A stretch of 64,000 nt of DNA, taken from NCBI GenBank assembly GCA_944350015.1, contig CALVNW010000005.1:12296-76295 (forward strand). The letters are read 5' to 3'. Under the pieces are notes generated by a model that was given only the letters and a program-made list of their open reading frames with translations, was not told the origin of the DNA and did not search any database. The DNA is from an uncultured Clostridia bacterium. GTDB taxonomy: Bacteria > Bacillota > Clostridia > Christensenellales > UBA1242. Positions 9,326 to 17,300 of the stretch are shown here, one piece after another (within the stretch, counting starts at the first letter, position 1; the number at the start of each line of letters is the position of its first letter). A program made the position numbers and the translations under genes.

Positions 9326-10078
9326 ATGAAATTTAAAGAGCTTTCAAAAAATGACAAGATTTTTAGGGTTATAAACCTAATATTTATGACATTGCAAGCG
9401 CTAGCTTGTCTGGGACTTGCTATCTATTACATTTGCATTGATGACCCTGACAATAGATTGATGGCAAGTTTTGGTATGTTCATTGCTGTACTTTTGCCTT
9501 TCCTATATGAGCTTGCCTTTAGAGTAAGGCTATCTAACATTGTCTTCTTCTTTATTCAATTCTATGCCTTGGTGGCGGGAGTGATAGGTTCGGTTTTAAA
9601 TGTCTACTATCTTGTATCCTGGTATGATATTTTCGTTCACACACTTGCAGGCTATGTTTTTGCTGTGTTTGGAATATTTGTGCTTTCAAGAATGGAAAAT
9701 TATTCAAAATTAAAGAAATGGACGATTGTCGTGTTTTGCTTTTGCTTTACAATGACCTGCGAGCTTATTTGGGAGTTATTTGAGTGGGCTTCTGATAACT
9801 TGTTAGGGCAAACCGCACAGGGCTTGCCACCAGAGGGCTTCGATGTTCCACTTGTTACTGATACAATGGTTGATATATTGTGTAATTTCATAGGCGGAAT
9901 TGTATTTTGCACTCAATATTTACTCGAAAAAACTTTAAAATGCTCCTTCGGAATAAAACTATATGAAAGGGAGCTTGTTTCGCAAGAAAACGTTAGCACA
10001 AATGAATTGCCAGTTTCAGACCCGTTAGAAACAGAAAATCTACCAGCCGAAGAGATTAAACAAGAAGGCAAAGAATAA
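9326..10078 (+). CDS. polytopic membrane protein (possibly YjdF/DUF2238-like)
   Basis: 250 aa with about 6 hydrophobic helices. The motifs WYDIFVHTLAGY and ELIWELFEWASD recalled that family only loosely. Confidence 0.7.
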   Translation: MKFKELSKNDKIFRVINLIFMTLQALACLGLAIYYICIDDPDNRLMASFGMFIAVLLPFLYELAFRVRLSNIVFFFIQFYALVAGVIGSVLNVYYLVSWYDIFVHTLAGYVFAVFGIFVLSRMENYSKLKKWTIVVFCFCFTMTCELIWELFEWASDNLLGQTAQGLPPEGFDVPLVTDTMVDILCNFIGGIVFCTQYLLEKTLKCSFGIKLYERELVSQENVSTNELPVSDPLETENLPAEEIKQEGKE

Positions 10079-10206
10079 ATCCACATTTTTTGTGTGGATT
10101 TTATTGTAAATGTTTTATTTTTTATCGTGTTTTTATGATTAATGCTATGTGTTTTGTAAAAGTTGAGTAGATGATTATATATAAGTTGTTATTTTGGTAA
10201 ATATAT

Positions 10207-10239
10207 AAAAACTGCAAGCCTCGAAGGTTTGCAGTTTTT
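10207..10239. terminator. bidirectional rho-independent terminator
   Basis: aaaaactgcaa / ttgcagttttt 11-bp stem with an A-run and a T-run, between convergent genes. Confidence 0.7.
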
Positions 10240-10290
10240 ATATTATCCTAATTTAAGTTTGTTGAGTGGTGATTTTTGCCTTATTTATAA

Positions 10291-11133
10291 CTATTCTTGG
10301 TCCTTAGAAAAATATCCAAAACCATAGCATTTTGCACCAACGTGAGAACCTACTACGCACCCAATTTCGCCAACGACTATTTCTTGTTCTGATGCGAGCT
10401 TATCTTTAACTTTTTCTTTTAATCTCTCAGCACCTTCAAGTATATCAGAATGCACGATATAGAATGAATGGCTAGTATCCATATTTTCAATTTTGTTTAA
10501 GATATAATTTTCGGCTTTTGGCAATCCTTGACATTTAGCTATATTGAATAGTTTGCCATTTTCAATAGCGATAATCGGTTTAACGCCAAGTAAAGAGCCT
10601 ACGATAGCGCTAGTCGAAGAAAGTCTACCACTATTTTTGAGATATTTAAGGTCATTGATTATGGCGTAGATATGTATATTGCGTCTAAGTCTGTAGAATT
10701 CTTCCTTAATTTTTTCGATGTCCTTTTCTTTTTCTATAAATTTGCAAAGCTCAATAATGATTGCGCCTTGTCCAAGAGTAGTTGAAGCGCTTTCTTCAAT
10801 GAAAACGTTTTTCATACCAAGGTTTTCTGCTGCCATTTGTGCTTGAAGTTTGGTTTGACTAAACTCCATAGATATAACAATTGTTATAACAAAAACATCT
10901 TCTTGATTTACATATGGCTTGTAAAAATTTTCAAATTTATATGCATTAGGCATAGCGGTTTTAGGTATAAGCCCAGTAGACTGCATTTTGCTATAAAACT
11001 CCCTAGTCTCAAGTCCTTCAGGATACATATCATCGCCAAACATTACTTCAATTGGAATGATAGATATATCATATTTTTCCATATACTCCTTAGGTATATC
11101 ACACGAAGCGTCGGCAACTATTTTGTATTTCAT
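10291..11133 (-). CDS. DegV family fatty-acid-binding protein
   Basis: MKYKIVADASCDIP... start at 11133 behind ggagga. Overall DegV-like sequence (SSTSAIVGSLLGVKPII). Confidence 0.9.
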   Translation of the reverse strand: MKYKIVADASCDIPKEYMEKYDISIIPIEVMFGDDMYPEGLETREFYSKMQSTGLIPKTAMPNAYKFENFYKPYVNQEDVFVITIVISMEFSQTKLQAQMAAENLGMKNVFIEESASTTLGQGAIIIELCKFIEKEKDIEKIKEEFYRLRRNIHIYAIINDLKYLKNSGRLSSTSAIVGSLLGVKPIIAIENGKLFNIAKCQGLPKAENYILNKIENMDTSHSFYIVHSDILEGAERLKEKVKDKLASEQEIVVGEIGCVVGSHVGAKCYGFGYFSKDQE

Positions 11134-11253
11134 ATTATCCTCCAAATATAATTATATTAATTAGTTTTAATATACCAAATTTATAAAGATATGTAAAGTA
11201 AAAAAACAATTTTATTATAAATAAAAATATTTTTAAAAATTTTGCAAAAACAC

Positions 11254-11282
11254 TTGATTTTTTCATAAGTAGTGTTTATAAT
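11254..11282 (+). promoter_or_regulatory. sigma-70-type promoter of lexA
   Basis: TTGATT (11254-11259), 17-nt spacer, TATAAT (11277-11282). Confidence 0.55.
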
Positions 11283-11290
11283 ATTGTCAT

Positions 11291-11310
11291 AAAAGAACAA
11301 GGCGTTCTTT
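11291..11310. promoter_or_regulatory. candidate LexA operator with atypical spacing (AAAAGAAC-N5-GTTCTTTT)
   Basis: Perfect 8-nt inverted arms around a 5-nt spacer, lying between the -10 box and the lexA start. Confidence 0.45.
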
Positions 11311-11327
11311 TAAAGTGCAAGGGGGCA

Positions 11328-11927
11328 ATGTTGAAAAAGATCAATGAGAGTTTGTTAAATAGTATACTTGAGTATATAAAGCTGTTTCAGCTTGAGAAGG
11401 GGAGAAGTCCGACTCAACGCGAGATAATGAAGTCGCTAAATATATCAAGTCTTTCGCTTGTCAGCCGGTACGTCAAAATACTTGAGGATAATAGAAGTAT
11501 CAAAAGAGATACAAACGGCACTATTGATATTCAATTTAACGTCAACTTAAGCCAATCAATTTTAGCCCCAGTGGTTGGTGAGGTTAGATGTGGTGAGCCC
11601 ATATTTGCACAAGAAAACATAGAGTCTGTTTATCGACTCCCTACAGAAATCTTTGGACGTGACAATCTCTTTTTGTTGCACGCCAAGGGAGACAGTATGC
11701 AAGATGTAGGAATAAGGGAAGGAGATTTGCTTGTTGTCAAAAAATGTGAAACAGCAGAAAATGGCGACATTGTTGTGGCACTTCTTGATGACTCGGCAAC
11801 AGTCAAGAGGTTTTACAAGAGAAAAGACTATGTTGTTTTGCACCCTGAAAATGATAAATATGACGACATTATCACAAAAGATGTAAAAATTTTAGGAATT
11901 GTCAAGCAGTATATTCATAGTTTGTAA
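11328..11927 (+). CDS. lexA: LexA repressor (S24 peptidase)
   Basis: 199 aa. N-terminal winged-helix region (GRSPTQREIMKSLNISSLSLVSRYVKILE). Cleavage/peptidase domain with GDSM and the VVKK...NGDIVVA pattern. Confidence 0.9.
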   Translation: MLKKINESLLNSILEYIKLFQLEKGRSPTQREIMKSLNISSLSLVSRYVKILEDNRSIKRDTNGTIDIQFNVNLSQSILAPVVGEVRCGEPIFAQENIESVYRLPTEIFGRDNLFLLHAKGDSMQDVGIREGDLLVVKKCETAENGDIVVALLDDSATVKRFYKRKDYVVLHPENDKYDDIITKDVKILGIVKQYIHSL

Positions 11928-11938
11928 GGAGGCAATTT

Positions 11939-12127
11939 GTGAAATTAAAATTATTTTGCCCGCATTGTGGTAGGTGTTTAGGTGAGTGTATAGCCTCAGA
12001 TGACACAAGTGATTGTAGAGTGCTAGTCAAACCGCCAATGAAATCAAAAAGAAAGCGTTTTATACATAATATGAAGTGTTTAAAATGCAAAAATGAGATT
12101 TTTATAGTAATGGAGCTCAAAGATTGA
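11939..12127 (+). CDS. small zinc-ribbon protein co-transcribed with lexA
   Basis: 62 aa. GTG start 11 nt after the lexA stop, behind aaggagg. Two CxxC pairs (CPHCGRC ... CLKC). Confidence 0.55.
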   Translation: MKLKLFCPHCGRCLGECIASDDTSDCRVLVKPPMKSKRKRFIHNMKCLKCKNEIFIVMELKD

Positions 12128-12280
12128 TTAAAGGCAAACTTGCTTTTAATAAAAAGCTTAAAAATTGCTATAAAACAAGGTTTTTAATAATAGAAAGTAT
12201 AAAATTTTATAAATAGTCGACATAGCGAACCCAGCGTTCCAAAAGACATTTTTGTTTTTTGTTACGCTGGTTTTTTAATA

Positions 12281-12308
12281 AAAGCCAGCATTATGCTGGC
12301 TTTTTTTT
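12281..12308 (+). terminator. rho-independent terminator of the lexA operon
   Basis: aaagccagca-tta-tgctggcttt followed by T8. Confidence 0.7.
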
Positions 12309-12431
12309 GTTGTGCTTTTATGTTTTTGTGCGGAAATTTAAATATTTTTTAAAAAACTTTTTCCGTTCGGTCAAATGCTGTCCGATCGGCAATTGTAGAC
12401 TTTAAATATCTTAAAAGGAGGTGGGTAGCGA

Positions 12432-12776
12432 ATGGACATTCGTAGCTGTAGCATTACGGCTGATATTTTGAATGTTCTTACTGACGGCAAAAAGCATACA
12501 ATAGCTGAAATTGCTCAAATAGTCGAAGTCAGTGAAAAGACAGTAAGACGTCACATTCAGTCGCTTTCATATCGCTATCCAATAACCACTTTTAAGGGAG
12601 GCATTGAAAGAGGAGGTGTAATACTTGAAAAGCAATATATTTATCAAGGCAGGGTAAGGACAAAAGACGAAATAGATGTAATTGTCGAGGCATTAAAATG
12701 TTATCAAAAAGAATGCAGTGATGTCGGCAAACAAAACCTTATAAAATCATTGATTGAGGAGTACAGAATGGATTGA
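12432..12776 (+). CDS. HTH (HTH_11/DeoR-N-like) DNA-binding protein
   Basis: 114 aa. HTIAEIAQIVEVSEKTVRRHIQSL helix-turn-helix. RBS aaggaggtgg. Confidence 0.7.
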   Translation: MDIRSCSITADILNVLTDGKKHTIAEIAQIVEVSEKTVRRHIQSLSYRYPITTFKGGIERGGVILEKQYIYQGRVRTKDEIDVIVEALKCYQKECSDVGKQNLIKSLIEEYRMD

Positions 12777-12786
12777 ATACCAGTAT

Positions 12787-13587
12787 CCCCACAAATTTTG
12801 CAATTTGCGGGGGCCCCAAAAAATGCAACACGAAACTAGGCAGAAGCGCAGGGTGCGATGCTTAACAATTTAGTAGATTTTATTATGTAAAATTTGTATT
12901 TCCATCTCAAAGTCGCGCTGAATTCGCAGCTTGCGAGAATTCACGTTTGGTGCGGCTATCACCCCACAAGTTATGTAACTTGCGGGGAACCCCGACAGAG
13001 AAAGAGCGCCCCGCCACGTCACAAACTACACTCAAGTGTTCATCTTACGATGATTCACCATTTCGCTCGTTTGCTTATCACCCCACAGATTAAACAATCT
13101 GCGGGGAACCCCGACCTTTTCCCCACAAATTTCACAATTTGCGGGGACCCCAAAAAATGCAACACGAAACTAGGCAGAAGCGCAGGGTGCGATGCTTAAC
13201 AATTTAGTAGATTTTATTATGTAAAATTTGTATTTCCATCTCAAAGTCGCGCTGAATTCGCAGCTTGCGAGAATTCACGTTTGGTGCGGCTATCACCCCA
13301 CAAGTTATGTAACTTGCGGGGAACCCCGACAGAGAAAGAGCGCCCCGCCACGTCACAAACTACACTCAAGTGTTCATCTTACGATGATTCACCATTTCGC
13401 TCGTTTGCTTATCACCCCACAGATTAAACAATCTGCGGGGAACCCCGACCTTTTCCCCACAAATTTCACAATTTGCGGGGACCCCAAAAAATGCAACACG
13501 AAACTAGGCAGAAGCGCAGGGTGCGATGCTTAACAATTTAGTAGATTTTATTATGTAAAATTTGTATTTCCATCTCGAAGTCGCGCT
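12787..13587. repeat. 334-bp tandem repeat, ~2.4 copies (copies 2 and 3 look identical by eye)
   Basis: Identical landmarks at 12787/13121/13455, and two identical spurious ORFs offset by exactly 334 nt. Each unit carries three 26-nt CCCC...GGGG hairpins. Confidence 0.92.
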
Positions 13588-13815
13588 GGCGTCGCAAACT
13601 ACGCTCAGGCTAAGTTGCAGTAGCAACTCTAGCATTATCGCTCGTTTGCTCCTTTCCCCACAGATTAAACAATCTGCGGGGACCCCGAGAAACTTGCATT
13701 TTCGTTTGGCGCGAGAACACCCCTAAAAATCTAACGATTTTCAGGGAAACCCAAAAGAGGCGAAAACAAATGTTAGGACGTAGCTTTTCGCTTTAAAAAA
13801 GCGAAAACAAGCAAC

Positions 13816-13850
13816 AATGCAGTTTTCGCCTCTGGTGCCGAAGACGGGAG
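13816..13850 (-). repeat. 35-nt duplicate of the tRNA-Leu 3' end plus trailer
   Basis: aatgcagttttcgcctctggtgccgaagacgggag occurs at 13816-13850 and 13937-13971. The second copy overlaps the real tRNA. Confidence 0.85.
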
Positions 13851-13953
13851 CCTTCACCCTTAAAATTTGACAATTTTAAGGGAACCCGAACGAACCCTCG
13901 GGTTCGACTCCCAACAAGTATTTCAAAAAAACTGCTAATGCAGTTTTCGCCTC

Positions 13954-14039
13954 TGGTGCCGAAGACGGGAGTCGAACCCGTATGAAGTTGCCCTCGACAG
14001 ATTTTGAGTCTGTTGCGTCTGCCATTCCGCCACTTCGGC
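13954..14039 (-). tRNA. tRNA-Leu (anticodon CAA), type II with long variable arm, CCA encoded
   Basis: The reverse complement reads GCCGAAG-TG-GCGGAATGGCAGACGC-A-ACAGA-CTCAAAA-TCTGT-(variable arm)-ACGGGTTCGACTCCCGT-CTTCGGC-A-CCA. Confidence 0.9.
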
Positions 14040-14340
14040 TTAAATTAAGTTACTTTTTAATTCTATCATAACTTGAAAAAATTTACAACTACATTTATAA
14101 AATTTTTTATTTTTTATCTATTTTTGTGCGAAAAAGAGAAATTATTTTATCAAAAATAGGTAAAAACTACAACCCCATAATTCAAAAAACAAGAAAATTA
14201 CCAAACTTTTTCAATGTCGAAAAAGGTCGAAAAAGTTATAAATTTATCTAATTTTATCAAATTTTTGGTCATTTTAATCCAAAAAAGTTATAATTTTGTA
14301 AAATTTTTTACAAAAATATACAAAATGTTGGCACAAAGAA

Positions 14341-14370
14341 TTGACTATGGCATTTGGGTGAATTTATAAT
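14341..14370 (+). promoter_or_regulatory. sigma-70-type promoter
   Basis: TTGACT (14341-14346), 18-nt spacer, TATAAT (14365-14370). Confidence 0.5.
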
Positions 14371-14392
14371 TCGTGTTAAAAGGAGAGAAAAT

Positions 14393-14905
14393 ATGAAATT
14401 AAATATATGGACTAAAACTACATTATACATTTACAAATATCTTGATACAATAGCTGATGCCATCGATAAACTCATAGAGAGGCAGGCATTAAATTCATTT
14501 TATTATAATCAAGCGAGCGCAGCCTCAAGTGATGTAGAGACTGTTTCAAATAAAATCATAAAACTTTCTCAGAGGAAAATCAATCTTATAAATATTAAGG
14601 TTGCAATAGACCAATCGCTTATGGAGATGCCACAAGAGCTTGCTCAACTTTTGATTGAAAGGTATATGGATGGCGAGCGTGGCGAAGATATTGCACTTAG
14701 ACATAATTTTACTTTTAGAACATATTTTAGAAGGCTGTTAAAAGCAGAAGATTTTTTCTCTGCGGTTATGGCGAGTAAGGGCATTGATGAAAAGACTTTA
14801 AGCCAAAACCTTAAGCAAGAAAAGTGGGTGGTTGATATTTACAAATCGTTTTTAAGTAGAAAAATAGGGGAAGAGGCGAGCGAAGAGCAACTTATGATGG
14901 CTTAG
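14393..14905 (+). CDS. sigma-70 region-4-like / ArpU-RinA-type phage late-gene regulator (putative)
   Basis: Start moved to the ATG at 14393 behind aaaggagag. C-terminal LIERYMDGERGEDIALRHNFTFRTYFRRL resembles a sigma region-4 HTH. Confidence 0.5.
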   Translation: MKLNIWTKTTLYIYKYLDTIADAIDKLIERQALNSFYYNQASAASSDVETVSNKIIKLSQRKINLINIKVAIDQSLMEMPQELAQLLIERYMDGERGEDIALRHNFTFRTYFRRLLKAEDFFSAVMASKGIDEKTLSQNLKQEKWVVDIYKSFLSRKIGEEASEEQLMMA

Positions 14906-15699
14906 TTTAAGTCGCTATCGTCGAATTCGTAGTAGTCGCCGTGTCTTTTCTTTTTAGGAATTTTCTCTGTCACTTTGCCTAGTTTTTCTTTTGCAAAAGA
15001 TGGCTTAATAAGAAGATAGATGACAACCACACACGGCAGGCTGACACCGATTATAATAAAGGTCATAGCAACAGAAGATAGACCTTGCGGGTTTGTTGAT
15101 GCGGTAAAATTAGGATTTTCTACAACTGTAAAATATTCATTGTTTTCTGTGATGTAAAGCTTGTCACAAAAGACCGAGTAAACATAACCAAAGGTGTCAT
15201 TTGAAAGCTTGCTATAATACCAAAGATTGCTCTTGTCTGGTATGGAATCGCCGTAGGCATATCCATAAAATACAACCGACTCTGTGAGGTAGGGAATATA
15301 CGCCATCTCGTATTGGTCTTGAAGATAGGGCTGTGAGTACATATTCATACCATTTAATGCAAAAATCCTAAAATAGAGGGTGGGATAGGGCATAGAGGGC
15401 GTGCCTTCCATCGCAACAACTTCGCTTTTCTTGACATAACCAAATATGTCGTCATACTGGGCATAATAAAAATCTTGATTTTCATCGTTAAGCAGTAAAA
15501 CAAAATAGCTCTCAGGAATAGAAAAAAGTTGATAGTCACTGCTGTCAATAGGCTCTGAATAAAAATAGATGTCCTCTTGCTCTATTTTGGCAAAATATTT
15601 GCGGTCAGCTCGAGAAGTTGCGGGGGTGCTTGAAAATATAACAAAGGTCAAACAAAAAATTAAAGATAATATTAATAATGATGACATTGATTTTCTCAT
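14902..15699 (-). CDS. secreted/membrane-anchored protein with SH3b-like repeats
   Basis: 265 aa with an N-terminal signal and a C-terminal TM helix plus basic tail. Two units with the FGYV(KK/YS) pattern resemble bacterial SH3 domains. Confidence 0.6.
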   Translation of the reverse strand: MRKSMSSLLILSLIFCLTFVIFSSTPATSRADRKYFAKIEQEDIYFYSEPIDSSDYQLFSIPESYFVLLLNDENQDFYYAQYDDIFGYVKKSEVVAMEGTPSMPYPTLYFRIFALNGMNMYSQPYLQDQYEMAYIPYLTESVVFYGYAYGDSIPDKSNLWYYSKLSNDTFGYVYSVFCDKLYITENNEYFTVVENPNFTASTNPQGLSSVAMTFIIIGVSLPCVVVIYLLIKPSFAKEKLGKVTEKIPKKKRHGDYYEFDDSDLN

Positions 15700-15786
15700 A
15701 GTTTCATTTTAAATTTTTAATTTGCGCTATGCAAGAAATAATTTGTCGATAAATTTAATTTTTAAAGGTATTTTGGTGGTTTAATT

Positions 15787-17214
15787 ATGAGTGATTTAAT
15801 GTATAAACTTAAACTTGTAAAAAATGAGCTTGAAAAAAGAAAAAAGGATGATTTTTTGTCCCGCTATAATACAGGTGAAAAAATACATAAAAAACAACTT
15901 GAATTTCACAAATGCAACAAGAAAAATAGATGGGTTTTTGGTGGCAATAGAAGTGGTAAAACCGAGTGTGGCGCCGTTGAGACAATCTATCTTGCTCGTG
16001 GCATACATCCATATAAAAAGAATAAGCCGATTTCTTGCTGGGTGGTGTCTTTATCTAAACAAGTGCAAAGAGATGTTGCGCAAGAAAAAATTTTGCACTA
16101 CCTGCGAAAAGATTGGATAGAAAAAGTTGTTATGGCAAGCGGTAGGTCAGACAGCGCCGAGAGTGGTATCATTGATTTTATCTTGGTTAGAAATGTGTTT
16201 GGGTCGCTAAGTAAGATTGGCTTTAAAAGTTGCGACCAAGGCAGAGAGAAGTTTCAAGGCTCATCTCTCGATTTTGTTTGGTTTGATGAAGAACCGCCAT
16301 ATGATATTTATCAAGAGTGCCGTATGCGTGTGCTTGACAAAAAAGGTATGATTTTTGGCACAATGACACCGCTTAAAGGACTTACCTGGGTTTACAATGA
16401 AATTTATTTGAACGAGAATAATGATAGCGAGGTGTGGCATATCGAAATGGAGTGGGCGGATAACCCATACCTTGATAAAGATGAGATTGAAGCAATGACT
16501 AAATCACTCTCACAAGATGAACTTGAAAGCAGAAGGTATGGCAAGTTTATGCAGTGTGGCGGGCTTGTCTATAGCGAATTTGATGAAAACGTAAATGTAA
16601 TTGACCCTTTTGACGTTCCGAAAGAGTGGCAAGACAATATCTCTATAGACCCAGGACTCAATAACCCGCTCTCTGCGCATTGGTATTGCGAGGATTATGA
16701 TGGCAATGTCTATGTGGTTGCCGAACACTATGCGCAAGGCAAAGATGTCTACTATCACGCAAATAAAATTAAAGAGATTTGTCAAAAATTAGATTGGCAT
16801 TATACAAATGGCAAGATTTCGGCACTGATTGATAGCGCCGCTATGCAAAGGACCCTTGCAAGCTCAAAAAGCGTGGTAGATTTGTTCTATGAAAATGATA
16901 TTTTGGTCAATCCTAGGGTAAATAAAGATATGTTCAGCGGGATAAACACTGTTAAGAGATACTTAAAAGACGGCGAAGGTAAACCGCATCTATTTATTTT
17001 TAGAAACTGTACAAACCTTATCAGAGAGATAAAATCTTATTGGTGGGGTGATAATGACCTTCCTATTAAAAGAGATGACCACTGCCTAGACGAAATGAGG
17101 TATTACCTTATGGATAAACAGCTTACGCTTAGAATAAAGGACAAAAAGAACGAGATACAAAAGGATAAACAGCGCCTTATCAAACAACTTAAAACAAGTA
17201 AGTATCATTTATAG
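15787..17214 (+). CDS. phage terminase large subunit (orphan)
   Basis: 475 aa. Walker A GGNRSGKTECG, Walker B-like VWFDEEP, and a C-terminal nuclease-type region (ISIDPG ... DDHCLDEMRY). Confidence 0.88.
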   Translation: MSDLMYKLKLVKNELEKRKKDDFLSRYNTGEKIHKKQLEFHKCNKKNRWVFGGNRSGKTECGAVETIYLARGIHPYKKNKPISCWVVSLSKQVQRDVAQEKILHYLRKDWIEKVVMASGRSDSAESGIIDFILVRNVFGSLSKIGFKSCDQGREKFQGSSLDFVWFDEEPPYDIYQECRMRVLDKKGMIFGTMTPLKGLTWVYNEIYLNENNDSEVWHIEMEWADNPYLDKDEIEAMTKSLSQDELESRRYGKFMQCGGLVYSEFDENVNVIDPFDVPKEWQDNISIDPGLNNPLSAHWYCEDYDGNVYVVAEHYAQGKDVYYHANKIKEICQKLDWHYTNGKISALIDSAAMQRTLASSKSVVDLFYENDILVNPRVNKDMFSGINTVKRYLKDGEGKPHLFIFRNCTNLIREIKSYWWGDNDLPIKRDDHCLDEMRYYLMDKQLTLRIKDKKNEIQKDKQRLIKQLKTSKYHL

Positions 17215-17300
17215 CAAACTTAGCCAGCCTTACGCTGGGCGATTATCGTTTGTGGAATCTGATATTTTATTGTATTCAGTCGGTGTAAACCCAAAAGGAA

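Noticed and set aside
6866-9912. Short antisense or alternative-frame ORFs inside valS and the membrane-protein gene (and similar ones inside lepA, ffh, parE/parC, the ABC exporter and others)
   Set aside because: They are fully embedded in strongly supported genes, have no RBS, and have low-complexity or atypical composition.
12894-13533. Two identical 101-aa ORFs (12894-13199 and 13228-13533)
   Set aside because: They are by-products of the 334-bp tandem repeat. They have no RBS and run straight through the palindromic hairpins. Their Arg/Cys/His-rich composition is unlike any real protein in the window.
12787-13700. CRISPR array hypothesis for the CCCC...GGGG hairpin repeats
   Set aside because: The repeat units differ from one another in sequence (covarying stems) instead of being constant. 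The spacing is irregular (about 15, 94 and 150 nt). The apparent periodicity comes from a 334-bp duplication, and no cas genes are present.
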